A DNA stretch of 29,767 nucleotides from a bacterium (lineage in GTDB: Bacteria > Desulfobacterota > DSWW01). The DNA is taken from assembly GCA_040756235.1 (NCBI GenBank), contig JBFLZG010000031.1, positions 1 through 29,767 of the forward strand, in the 5' to 3' direction. A program made the position numbers and the translations under genes. Below the pieces are notes generated by a model that did no database searches, was not told the DNA's origin, and was given only the letters and a program-made list of their open reading frames with translations. The number at the start of each line of letters is the position of its first letter. Position 1 is the stretch's first letter. This document shows, in pieces, positions 17,169-26,457 of the stretch.

Positions 17169-19811
17169 TCAGCAGCCCGCCGAGAGAGTGTCTCCCGACG
17201 TTCTCCCCAGAGAGGAGCCAAGAAAGCCTGCGAAGGCGGTGTCGAGTTTCCGAACAAGGGTCCTGAGGTCCTCCCACTGTCCCGGCGGGAGCAGAGCCTC
17301 CAGGATCCGAACCGGTGAGGGCAAAGACCCGTGGAGCCGCTGGATGCGGAAGAAGAGCACAGGGCCCTCCGCGATCCGGATCTCCCGGACCGCCGGACGA
17401 AGATCCATGAATGATCGCCTGCCTTCCTTCCGGATCTCGAACAGGGACGCCTGTCCGTCCTGAAAGGCTCTCACGGAATGCTCCAGGTCGGCGCGCGACG
17501 GCCGGGGAAGCCCGGCCGCATGCTGCTCCGAGAAGCGGGCTTCATAGTCGATCCAGGCAATGCTTTCCTCGAGAGAGGGAGCGTCCAGGGGGACTGCCGC
17601 GGCCGCAAGGATCTCGAGGCCTTCGGGCAGCTCCGGGCCGAGGGCTTGACGGACAGCCTCCGGCCGAGCAGACGGTGTCAGCCAGAGATCGACAAACTCG
17701 GCGAGGCTCTCGACGCCCAGCGGCAGGGCCGGGCTGAAGGCCATACGCGGATGGGGGTGTTCTCCGAGCGTGAAAGCCACGGGGATCCCGCTCCTGCGTA
17801 TCGCTCGCTGGAAGACGGCAATGGTCTCCAGGTGTCCCAGGCAGACCATAGGGCCTTGTTTGCAGTAATGCAGGCGGATTCGGAGCAGAGCCCCTTCCCT
17901 GGGCGCCGGCACAGCCGGCTCCGGGGGCAAGGGGACGGCACCGGGCGGTCGGGGCACGTCCTCGCCGATCCGGGCGGCCTCCGTCTTGCCGGCCCCGGCC
18001 CACGGGACATCGTTCGCGCCGATTTCGCAGCTCCCGCACCGATCGCAACGGCCCCGGCACAGAAAAGGAGTCCTTTCCGCGCGGCAGGCTCGCCGGTACT
18101 CCTCCAGGAGGAACCCCCTCGAAACCCCGGGATCCACCCACTCCCACGGGAGCGGATCGTCCGGAGCAGGAAAAGGATCGAGCAGCTCTTGCGGGTCCAG
18201 GCCGGTCCGCTCGAACGCCTCCTGCCAGAGATCGAAACGAAGGTGCTCGGTCCAGCCGTCCCGGCTGCAGCCCAGGCGATGGGCCTCCTCGAGGAGCCTG
18301 GAGGTATTCCGATTCCCTCTGGCGAACACCCCCTCGAGGAGGCTGATCCGGGCGTCGTGCCATTTCAGCCGGAATTCCGATTTTCTCAGGCTCCTCTGCA
18401 GAAACTTTTGCTTTCTCTGCGCCTCTTCCACGCTCGCTTGCCGGTGCCACTGGAAAGGGGTATGCGCCTTGGGTACGAAGCTGGAGACGCTGACCGTGGC
18501 CTGAAAGTGCCCGTTCCCCGCTTGCAGCGCCTCGCGCCGGATCTGTCCGGCCAGGGAGACGATCGCGGCGACGTCCTCGTCGGATTCTGTGGGCAGCCCG
18601 ATCATGAAATAAAGCTTCAGGGAACGCCATCCCATGCCCGCCAGCAGGCGCGCGGAGCGGAGCAACTCCTCCTCGTCGATGTCCTTGTTGATCGCCAGCC
18701 GAAGTCTCCGGGTGGCTGCTTCAGGCGCCATGGTGAAGCCGGTCCTGCGCACCCGCCGGACCTGGCGAACGACCTCGGGATCCAGCGAGCCGACGCGCAG
18801 GGAGGGCAGGGAGAGGGCCACCTTCTGCGCTTCCGCCCGGAGCATGAGATCGCTCACGAGAGGTACGAGGCAAGAGCAGTCGCCGATGCTCAGGGCGAGC
18901 AGCGACAACTCCTCGTATCCGGTGGCCTGCATGCTCCGGAGCGCCAGGTCCAGCACGTTCCGGGCGCTGCGCTCGCGAAACGGCCTGTAGAGCACGCTCG
19001 CCTGGCAGAACCTGCAGGCGTGCGGACACCCGCGGGCCACCTCGATGCTGATGCGGTCGTGTACGACCTTGGCAAAGGGAACCAGGGGCCGGTCCGGAAA
19101 AGGGGCGGCGTCGAGGTCGCTCACCCAGGCTCTCTTCACCGGGGCCGTGCGGCCGGCCGGAGGGGTCAGGCGCCATCCTCTCTTGTCGCCTCGACCGGCC
19201 CAGGAGAACAGAGACGGGACATAGACGCTTTCCAGCCGGTCCAGAGCGCGCAGCAGCTCTCCCCGGGAGCTGCCGGATGCTCTCCACTCACGGACCAGCC
19301 GGCAAAGCTCGGGCAGCAGGTATTCGGCTTCTCCGATGACGAAGGCGTCCACGAACGGCGCCAGGGGCTCCGGATTGCATGCGCAGGGCCCCCCTGCCAG
19401 CACCACGGGGTGTTCGCGGGTGCGTTCCTCCGAGCGCAGCGGAATCCCTCCGAGGTCGAGGATCGCCAGAACGTTCGTATAGGTCAGCTCGTAGGCCAGG
19501 CTGAAGCCGATCAGGTCGAGCCGGCCCACAGGGGTGCCGGTCTCCAGAGTCGTCAGGGGGATCCCCCTGGCACGGAGCAGGGCCTCGAGGTCCGTGTCCG
19601 GCAGAAAGACCCTTTCGGCAAAGAGGCCTTTGGAACGGTTCAGGCAATGATAAAGGATCCCGAGACCGGGATGGGACATGCCGATCTCGTAGTGGTCGGG
19701 AAAGGCGAGACCGACTCGGAGGTCGCCTTTTGCCGGAGTCCGGGCGGCGTTGCGTTCGTTGCCCAGATATCGGGCCGGCTTGCGGATCGATCGGAGCAAA
19801 TCCAAGTGCAT
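17169..19811 (-). CDS. TIGR03960-type radical SAM protein fused to a TIGR03936/DUF2344 domain
   Basis: KPARYLGNE, FPDHYEIGMS, RGCPHACRFC, FVPKAHTPFQW; C-terminal LGHLE...ALPLGVESLAE; usual position upstream of rng. Confidence 0.92.
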   Translation of the reverse strand: MHLDLLRSIRKPARYLGNERNAARTPAKGDLRVGLAFPDHYEIGMSHPGLGILYHCLNRSKGLFAERVFLPDTDLEALLRARGIPLTTLETGTPVGRLDLIGFSLAYELTYTNVLAILDLGGIPLRSEERTREHPVVLAGGPCACNPEPLAPFVDAFVIGEAEYLLPELCRLVREWRASGSSRGELLRALDRLESVYVPSLFSWAGRGDKRGWRLTPPAGRTAPVKRAWVSDLDAAPFPDRPLVPFAKVVHDRISIEVARGCPHACRFCQASVLYRPFRERSARNVLDLALRSMQATGYEELSLLALSIGDCSCLVPLVSDLMLRAEAQKVALSLPSLRVGSLDPEVVRQVRRVRRTGFTMAPEAATRRLRLAINKDIDEEELLRSARLLAGMGWRSLKLYFMIGLPTESDEDVAAIVSLAGQIRREALQAGNGHFQATVSVSSFVPKAHTPFQWHRQASVEEAQRKQKFLQRSLRKSEFRLKWHDARISLLEGVFARGNRNTSRLLEEAHRLGCSRDGWTEHLRFDLWQEAFERTGLDPQELLDPFPAPDDPLPWEWVDPGVSRGFLLEEYRRACRAERTPFLCRGRCDRCGSCEIGANDVPWAGAGKTEAARIGEDVPRPPGAVPLPPEPAVPAPREGALLRIRLHYCKQGPMVCLGHLETIAVFQRAIRRSGIPVAFTLGEHPHPRMAFSPALPLGVESLAEFVDLWLTPSARPEAVRQALGPELPEGLEILAAAAVPLDAPSLEESIAWIDYEARFSEQHAAGLPRPSRADLEHSVRAFQDGQASLFEIRKEGRRSFMDLRPAVREIRIAEGPVLFFRIQRLHGSLPSPVRILEALLPPGQWEDLRTLVRKLDTAFAGFLGSSLGRTSGDTLSAGC

Positions 19812-19976
19812 GCGTATACTACCGATATTTCTATGTTCCTGAATCTCTAGTCAGCTTCTTGGGGCGGAGAAGAGATCATGAGCAGCATAAGGGACAAGGT
19901 TCAGAATACCACGTAACATCAACACAGTACAGGCGTTTTCGAAAAAAAGGAAACGCCCGGCAGAGGAGTTGCCGCA

Positions 19977-20005
19977 TTGTCTTTTCGGGGCCTCTTATCT
20001 ACCAT
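19977..20005 (+). promoter_or_regulatory. Candidate sigma-70 promoter of selA (TTGTCT-17-TACCAT)
   Basis: Hexamers at 17-nt spacing in the AT-richer divergent intergenic region. Confidence 0.4.
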
Positions 20006-20047
20006 GAGCAAAAGCCGTTCCCGAATCGAACTCCGCGGGGCAAAGAC

Positions 20048-21466
20048 GTGACCGGCGATCTCTCACAAAAAAAGGCCCTTCTCGAGTCCCTCCCGGCTGT
20101 CCACGAGGTGCTCCAATGGCCCGGGCTCGTGGGCGACGGACAGCAACGCTTCCCCCGCTGGGCCCTCCGCCAAGCGGTTCAGGAAGTGCTGGACCGGCAA
20201 CGTCGCGAGATGCTGCAGGGAGAACGAACGTCGACAGATCCTCCGCCTGCGATCGTGCGCTCCGTCCTGGCCGAGGCGGAGCGCCTCCTGAGGCCCAGCC
20301 TGCGCCCCCTGGTGAACGCCACGGGAGTGGTCCTCCACACCAATCTCGGAAGAGCGCCGCTGGCGCCGGAGGCCCTGGACGCCATCGAGCGTGCGGCCCG
20401 GAGCTATTCGAATCTCGAGCTGGACCTGGAATCCGGCAAGCGCGGAGTCCGCTACCGGCACGTCGAGCGCCTGCTCTGCGATCTGACCGGCGCCGAGGCT
20501 GCCCTCGTGGTGAACAACAACGCGGCCGCGGTGTTGCTGGCCTTGCGGGTGCTGGCCCAGGGCAGAGAGGTCGTCGTTTCCCGAGGCGAGCTGGTCGAGA
20601 TCGGAGGGTCCTTCCGGATTCCGGACATCCTGCGGGAAAGCGGGGCCACGCTCGTGGAAGTGGGGACGACCAATCGGACGCACCCTCGCGACTACGAGAA
20701 GGCGATCGGCCCGTCGACGGCCCTGCTTCTCAAGGTCCACACCAGCAACTACAGGATCCTGGGATTCCACCGGGAGGTCCCGATCGAGGAGCTGGTTCCC
20801 CTCGCCGCGCGTTTTTCCGTGCCGGTCATGCAGGACCTGGGCAGCGGCTGCCTGGTGAACGCCGGTCCCGCCGGCCCGTCAGGAGAGCCGACGGTCCAAC
20901 AATCCGTGCGGGCCGGCGTGGACGTCGTGACGTTCAGCGGAGACAAGCTCCTGGGAGGTCCCCAGGCCGGCATTCTCGTGGGCAGACGGGAGGTCCTGAG
21001 CAGGATCCGGTCGCATCCCATGAACCGCGCGCTACGCATCGACAAGCTGACTCTGGCCGCCCTGGAAGCCACTCTCGGTCTCTACAGGGATCCGTCGACC
21101 GTGCAGGGGAAGGTCCCGGCCCTGGCCATGTTGAGCCAGGAGCCCGCCGCTCTGAAGAGGAAGGCGACCAACCTGGCGCGAACACTGAGAAGGATTCTTC
21201 CCTCAACCTTCGAGATCGGGATCTGCGAGGTTGCGGCCAGGGCGGGCGGAGGCGCGCTGCCCCTGGAGGATTTTCCCGGGGCGGCCGTTACGGTCAAAGG
21301 CAGTCTTCTGAAAGCCGAAGAGATTCTCCGGCGGCTGCGTCAGGCGCCGGTGCCGGTGATCGCGAGGATCGAGAAGGACGACGTCCTCCTCGATCCGAGG
21401 ACCCTGCTGCCGGGAGACGAGAAGGCGCTCCTGGACGCCTTCCGCTGGCTGGCCGCGAGCCTCTGA
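20048..21466 (+). CDS. selA: L-seryl-tRNA(Sec) selenium transferase
   Basis: NATGVVLHTNLGRAPL, VNNNAAAV, EIGGSFRIPD and FSGDKLLGGPQAG (PLP lysine); start uncertain (GTG 20048). Confidence 0.96.
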   Translation: MTGDLSQKKALLESLPAVHEVLQWPGLVGDGQQRFPRWALRQAVQEVLDRQRREMLQGERTSTDPPPAIVRSVLAEAERLLRPSLRPLVNATGVVLHTNLGRAPLAPEALDAIERAARSYSNLELDLESGKRGVRYRHVERLLCDLTGAEAALVVNNNAAAVLLALRVLAQGREVVVSRGELVEIGGSFRIPDILRESGATLVEVGTTNRTHPRDYEKAIGPSTALLLKVHTSNYRILGFHREVPIEELVPLAARFSVPVMQDLGSGCLVNAGPAGPSGEPTVQQSVRAGVDVVTFSGDKLLGGPQAGILVGRREVLSRIRSHPMNRALRIDKLTLAALEATLGLYRDPSTVQGKVPALAMLSQEPAALKRKATNLARTLRRILPSTFEIGICEVAARAGGGALPLEDFPGAAVTVKGSLLKAEEILRRLRQAPVPVIARIEKDDVLLDPRTLLPGDEKALLDAFRWLAASL

Positions 21467-21616
21467 TCGGCCGGCGTCCGGCGTGAAAAATTTACTCACT
21501 CCCCTGATCTTTTTTTCGGTCTTCCCGACGATGTCCCGCGGGCGCGCCTGCGCCCCGTGAAAGCCCCGCTTGTCTCAAGACGCGATCAGCGGCGCAGCTT
21601 TGGTGGACCCTTTTCC

Positions 21617-21968
21617 GTCATTCCGGGCGAAGGAGGCTGTGTCCTAACCCGGTCAGACCCTCATCCGACCACTCATTCCGGAGGACTCCGCGGCGCGGCG
21701 ACATGGCAGTCGCGGTACCCTCATTTCCGTCATTCCGGCACAGGCCGGAATCCAGTCCCTGCACCCCCGTAATGGCCGCTGTTCTTGATGCAACCTTCCG
21801 GATCCCGCGCAGGGCGCAGCAAGCAGCGTCCCTGCAAGGCCCGCGAGAGCCGGGGGCCGGGATGACGAAGTATGACACGGCCTCAGCGTCATTCCAGCGA
21901 AAGCGGGAATGACGCCGGGAGTCGGGATCCCGGCTCGCGGCCGCCCCGGCGGCCTTGGCCGGGATGAC
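21617..21968. repeat. REP-like palindrome cluster (GTCATTCC / GGRATGAC family)
   Basis: GTCATTCCG at 21617 and 21729; TCATTCCGG at 21673; GCGTCATTCC...GGAATGACGC hairpin at 21886-21915; GGATCCCG...CCGGGATGAC units ending at 21866 and 21968. Confidence 0.75.
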
Positions 21969-22005
21969 ACCTTCCTTTCTCAGGTCCCGCCGCGTTTGGT
22001 CACCT

Positions 22006-22021
22006 TGGTACAAATCTTGCT
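22006..22021 (+). promoter_or_regulatory. Candidate sigma-54 (-24/-12) promoter of the pil operon
   Basis: TGGTAC-AAATC-TTGCT, with GG-N10-GC spacing and one mismatch to TGGCAC-N5-TTGCW; about 110 nt before pilB. Confidence 0.65.
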
Positions 22022-22130
22022 CCACCGAGTCTGCTGAATTTCAAAGGGGTTTCGACTGCGTGCCGATTCCCGGCCACGATGGGTCCCGATGCGGCAACCG
22101 CCGGCACGGGAAAGATGAGCGATTTTCCTC

Positions 22131-23930
22131 ATGCGCGCGGCACAGGTACAGCCCGGAAGCAAGCCATTCACGCCCAGACCGCTCGGCAACGGCCGGATCG
22201 GGGAGAGGCTCATCGAGGCCGGGCTGATTACAAAAGCGCAATTGGAGGAGGCTCTCCGGGAACAAAAGAGAGCCGGCGGCCTCCTCGGCTCCAATCTGAT
22301 CCGGCTCGGCCACGTCCGGGAAGAGGATCTGCTGCAGTTCCTGAGCCAGCAGTACGGATTCCCGGCCATCGACGTGAACGTCGCCGTGGTGCCTCCGGAC
22401 GTGCTCAAGCTCATTCCTGTAGACGTGGTTCAGAAGCACAAGGTCCTGCCCGTGAGCCGCGCCGGCTCGACCCTCGTGGTGGCGATGACGGACCCCACCA
22501 ACTACCTCGTCATCGACGACATCAAGTTCCTGACCGGATACAACATCGACGTGGTCGTGGCCGAAGAGACCGCCTTGAAGAAGGCCATCGACCGGCACTA
22601 CGACCAGTCCGCCTCCCTGATGGAGGTGATGAGCAACCTCGAGGATCTCGAGCTGGAGGTGCTGGACGGGGAGGAAGAGCTCAATCTCGAGGAGCTGGAG
22701 AAAGCCACCTCGGAGGCTCCGGTGGTCAAGCTCGTGAGCCTCATCCTGACCGAAGCCATCAAGCGGGAAGCGAGCGATATTCATATCGAGCCCTATGAGA
22801 AGAGGTTTCGTGTCCGCTACCGGATCGACGGCGTGCTGTACGAGATCATGTCCCCTCCGATGAAGCTCAAGAACGCCATCATCTCGCGGGTCAAGATCAT
22901 GTCGTCTCTGGACATCGCCGAGCGCCGGCTGCCTCAGGACGGCCGCATCAAGCTGAAGACGATGGGAAAGGAGATGGATTTCCGCGTTTCCGTGCTCCCC
23001 ACCCTGTTCGGCGAAAAGGTGGTGCTGCGCCTCCTGGACAAGAGCGCGCTGCAGCTCGACATGACCAGGCTCGGCTTCGAAGAGCAGGCCCTGGCCCATT
23101 TCCAGGAGGCCATCTATCAGCCCTACGGAATGGTGCTGGTCACGGGGCCCACCGGAAGCGGCAAGACCACGACCCTGTACTCGGCGCTGAGCGAGCTGAA
23201 CAAGACCACCCACAACATCTCCACCGCGGAAGATCCGGTGGAGTACAACCTGTCCGGAATCAACCAGGTGCAGATGCACGAAGAGATCGGCCTCAACTTC
23301 GCTTCTTCCCTGAGGGCCTTCCTGCGCCAGGATCCGGACATCATCATGGTCGGGGAGATCCGCGATTTCGAGACCGCAGAGATCGCCATCAAGGCGGCCC
23401 TCACCGGTCACCTCGTGCTCTCCACCCTTCACACGAATGATGCGCCGAGCACGATCCACCGGCTCCTCAACATGGGGGTCGAACCGTTTCTCGTCAGCTC
23501 GTCCGTGAATCTCATCCTGGCGCAGCGGCTGGTGCGGAAGATCTGTGCGGGATGCCGGGAGGTCCAGGAGGTGAACACGCAGGCCCTGACCGAGATCGGC
23601 ATGAGCGAGGAGGACGCGTGGAATACGGTGCTCTATCGGGGCAAGGGGTGCGAGCGCTGTTCGGAAACGGGGTACAAGGGCCGTATCGCCCTGTACGAAG
23701 TGATGCCTCTGCGGGAAGACCTCAAAGAGGCGATTCTGGAGGGAGCCTCCGTATCGGAGTTGAAGCGGCTGGCCAGAAAGGCAGGCATGAAGACCCTGCG
23801 GGAGAGCGGCCTCCAGAAGATCCGGGAAGGGGTCACGACCGTGGAGGAGGTGGCGCGGACCACCGCTTCGGACCAGGACAGGAACGGGGTCGTCTCTGCC
23901 GAGGACACTGTCGAGGAAGGGCTGGCGTGA
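22131..23930 (+). CDS. pilB: Type IV pilus assembly ATPase
   Basis: MshEN-like RIGERLIEAGLITKAQLEEAL; GPTGSGKTT, LRQDPD, TLHTND; two CxxC motifs. Confidence 0.96.
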   Translation: MRAAQVQPGSKPFTPRPLGNGRIGERLIEAGLITKAQLEEALREQKRAGGLLGSNLIRLGHVREEDLLQFLSQQYGFPAIDVNVAVVPPDVLKLIPVDVVQKHKVLPVSRAGSTLVVAMTDPTNYLVIDDIKFLTGYNIDVVVAEETALKKAIDRHYDQSASLMEVMSNLEDLELEVLDGEEELNLEELEKATSEAPVVKLVSLILTEAIKREASDIHIEPYEKRFRVRYRIDGVLYEIMSPPMKLKNAIISRVKIMSSLDIAERRLPQDGRIKLKTMGKEMDFRVSVLPTLFGEKVVLRLLDKSALQLDMTRLGFEEQALAHFQEAIYQPYGMVLVTGPTGSGKTTTLYSALSELNKTTHNISTAEDPVEYNLSGINQVQMHEEIGLNFASSLRAFLRQDPDIIMVGEIRDFETAEIAIKAALTGHLVLSTLHTNDAPSTIHRLLNMGVEPFLVSSSVNLILAQRLVRKICAGCREVQEVNTQALTEIGMSEEDAWNTVLYRGKGCERCSETGYKGRIALYEVMPLREDLKEAILEGASVSELKRLARKAGMKTLRESGLQKIREGVTTVEEVARTTASDQDRNGVVSAEDTVEEGLA

Positions 23931-23990
23931 AAGATGTAAGGGAGAAGTCGACCTTGTCTTCCCTTTGACCTACCTAAGGAGAGTCGAGCG

Positions 23991-25139
23991 ATGCCTTCCC
24001 TGCCGGAGCTGCTTCGGATCATGACGGAAAAGAACGCCTCGGACCTCCACCTCACCGTGGGCTCGCCGCCCATGGTCCGCCTGGACGGCAGGCTGGCGGC
24101 CTTGCGCATGGACCCGCTGACGCCGGTCGAAACCAAACAGATGTGCTACAGCATTCTCACCGAGGCGCAGAAGAAGAAATTCGAGGAGGAGAGCGAGCTC
24201 GATCTTTCTTTCGGCATCAAGGACCTGAGCCGCTTCCGCGCCAACATGTTCCTCCAGCGGGGAGCGGTGGCCGGCGCCTTCCGCACCATCCCTTATCAGA
24301 TCCGCAGCTTTCAGGAGCTCGGGCTCCCTCCGATTGCGAAGGACCTGACGCAGAAGCCCCGGGGACTGATCCTCGTGACCGGGCCGACGGGCAGCGGCAA
24401 GTCGACCACACTGGCCGCCATGATCGACGAGATCAATGCGACCCGGGCCGAGCACATCGTCACGATCGAGGACCCGATCGAATACGTGCACGCGCACAAG
24501 AAGGGCATCGTGAACCAGCGCGAGGTGGGCAGCGACACGGACAGCTTCAAGAAAGCCCTGAAATACATCCTGCGCCAGGACCCGGACGTCGTCCTCATCG
24601 GCGAAATGCGGGACCTGGAAACGATCGAGGCCGCCCTGACCATCGCCGAAACCGGGCATCTCGCCTTCGCCACCCTGCACACCAACTCGTGCGTCCAGAC
24701 GATCAACCGCGTGCTGGACGTCTTCCCGCCCTTTCAGCAGCCGCAGGTGCGGGCCCAGCTCTCGATGGTGCTCGAGGGGGTGCTGAGCCAGATTCTCATT
24801 CCCCGGGTCGGCGGCTCGGGCCGGGTCCTGGCCCTGGAGATCATGGTGCCCAATCCCGCCATCCGCAACCTCATCCGGGAGGAGAAGGTCCACCAGATCT
24901 ACTCCCAGATGCAGATGGGGCAGAGCAAGTTCGGCATGCAGACGCTCAACCAGTCGCTGTGCGAGCTCTTCATGAGGAACCTGATCTCTTACGAAGAGGC
25001 CTCGTCTCGCTCGTCCGATCCGGAGGAGCTGAACACGATGATCGGCAATCGCCAGAGAGAAAAAGGGATGAAACCCCCCCACCCGCACGGCTCTCACGAG
25101 ACGCGGCCCCGACCCAGGATCGGCCTGGGCGATCGGTGA
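23991..25139 (+). CDS. pilT: Type IV pilus retraction ATPase
   Basis: GPTGSGKST, TIEDPIE and the AIRNLIRE signature. Confidence 0.97.
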   Translation: MPSLPELLRIMTEKNASDLHLTVGSPPMVRLDGRLAALRMDPLTPVETKQMCYSILTEAQKKKFEEESELDLSFGIKDLSRFRANMFLQRGAVAGAFRTIPYQIRSFQELGLPPIAKDLTQKPRGLILVTGPTGSGKSTTLAAMIDEINATRAEHIVTIEDPIEYVHAHKKGIVNQREVGSDTDSFKKALKYILRQDPDVVLIGEMRDLETIEAALTIAETGHLAFATLHTNSCVQTINRVLDVFPPFQQPQVRAQLSMVLEGVLSQILIPRVGGSGRVLALEIMVPNPAIRNLIREEKVHQIYSQMQMGQSKFGMQTLNQSLCELFMRNLISYEEASSRSSDPEELNTMIGNRQREKGMKPPHPHGSHETRPRPRIGLGDR

Positions 25140-25207
25140 ACGGCGCCGGGCGGCGCCAGTTCCGCCCATTACTCCAGGTTCCTGTTTGACAGGAAGGAGG
25201 AGAGGGG

Positions 25208-26416
25208 ATGCCGAAATTCAAATGGGAAGGCAGGAACCGGCAGGGCCAGTCGGTGCGCGGCGAAATCGAGGCGGCCAACCCCGCAGTGGCCGTGCTCCAG
25301 CTGCGCAAGCAGCAGATCCTGCCGATGCAGGTCAAGCCCGAGAAGGCCGAGGGCCGCAGGCTGAAGCTCCGGTTCACGCGCGGGGTCAAGGAGAAGGAAG
25401 TCGCGATCTTCACCCGCCAGCTCGCCACCATGATCGATGCCGGGCTGCCCCTGGTGCAGTCGCTCGAGATCCTGGCGTCGCAGCAGGACAACCCTGCATT
25501 CAAGGAAATCCTGCTGCGCGTGAAGGGGGACGTGGAGGCGGGAGCAACCTTCTCGGACTCTCTGCAGAAGCAGCCCAAGGTCTTCAACGAGCTCTACACC
25601 AACCTGGTTACGGCCGGCGAGATCGGCGGCACGCTCGACATCATCCTGAACCGGCTGAGTCAGTACATGGAGAAAGCGATCGCCCTGAAGAAGCGGGTCA
25701 AGGGCGCCATGGTCTACCCGTCGGCCATTCTCGGCGTTTCGGTCCTGGTCGTCATTGTCCTGCTCGTGTTCGTCATTCCGGTGTTCGAGAAGATGTTCGC
25801 CGGGTTCGGCGCGGCCCTGCCTGCCCCGACCCAGTTTATCATCGCTCTGAGCAACTTCGTGAAGTCGAACCTTCTGTTCGTCGTGGCGGGCCTGGTGGCC
25901 TTCGTGGCCCTGTTCCGGCGCTACTACCGGACGCCGGGCGGTCGGAGCGTGGTAGACCGGTCGATCCTCAAGGCGCCGGTCTTCGGCGCGCTCCTGCTCA
26001 AGATCGCGGTGGCGCGCTTCACACGCACCCTGGGGACCCTGATCTCGAGCGGCGTTCCGATCCTCGACGGGCTCCACATCACCTCCAAGACCGCGGGCAA
26101 CAAGGTCGTGGAAGAGGCCATCCTGAAAACGCGCGTCAGCATCTCCGAGGGGAAGACCATCGCCGAGCCGCTGGGAGAGGCCAGCGTCTTCCCGCCCATG
26201 GTGGTGCAGATGATCGGCGTGGGAGAGAGCACCGGCTCGCTCGACGCCATGCTGAACAAGATCGCGGATTTCTATGATGAAGAGGTGAACGCCACCGTGG
26301 CGGCCCTGACCTCCCTTCTGGAGCCGATCATGATGGTGTTTCTGGGAGTCCTGATCGGGGGCATGATGGTGGCCATGTACCTTCCGATCTTCAAGATGGC
26401 CTCGGTCATCAGCTGA
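25208..26416 (+). CDS. pilC: Type IV pilus inner-membrane platform protein
   Basis: FTRQLATMIDAGLPL, GAMVYP, LLEP and MYLPIF motifs; strong RBS. Confidence 0.96.
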   Translation: MPKFKWEGRNRQGQSVRGEIEAANPAVAVLQLRKQQILPMQVKPEKAEGRRLKLRFTRGVKEKEVAIFTRQLATMIDAGLPLVQSLEILASQQDNPAFKEILLRVKGDVEAGATFSDSLQKQPKVFNELYTNLVTAGEIGGTLDIILNRLSQYMEKAIALKKRVKGAMVYPSAILGVSVLVVIVLLVFVIPVFEKMFAGFGAALPAPTQFIIALSNFVKSNLLFVVAGLVAFVALFRRYYRTPGGRSVVDRSILKAPVFGALLLKIAVARFTRTLGTLISSGVPILDGLHITSKTAGNKVVEEAILKTRVSISEGKTIAEPLGEASVFPPMVVQMIGVGESTGSLDAMLNKIADFYDEEVNATVAALTSLLEPIMMVFLGVLIGGMMVAMYLPIFKMASVIS

Positions 26417-26423
26417 CGTTTCA

Positions 26424-26457
26424 TCTCCAGAGGGTGTCGAAAAACACCCTCTGGAGA
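26424..26457. repeat. Perfect 14-bp hairpin containing a 22-bp collapsed mini-element (26430-26451)
   Basis: TCTCCAGAGGGTGT-CGAAAA-ACACCCTCTGGAGA; no U-tract. Confidence 0.75.

Noticed and set aside
21617..21968. Possible CRISPR array
   Set aside because: Units are degenerate, in both orientations and irregularly spaced; no cas genes
22030..22062. TTTCAAA followed by GGGTTTCGACT downstream of selA, suggesting tRNA-Sec
   Set aside because: No acceptor stem, D arm or long variable arm; the spacing is incompatible with a cloverleaf
21557..22227. Short ORFs between selA and pilB
   Set aside because: They are translations of palindromic repeat DNA with no family motifs
26424..26457. Intrinsic terminator call for the hairpin after pilC
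   Set aside because: No U-tract on either strand; better explained as a mini-element
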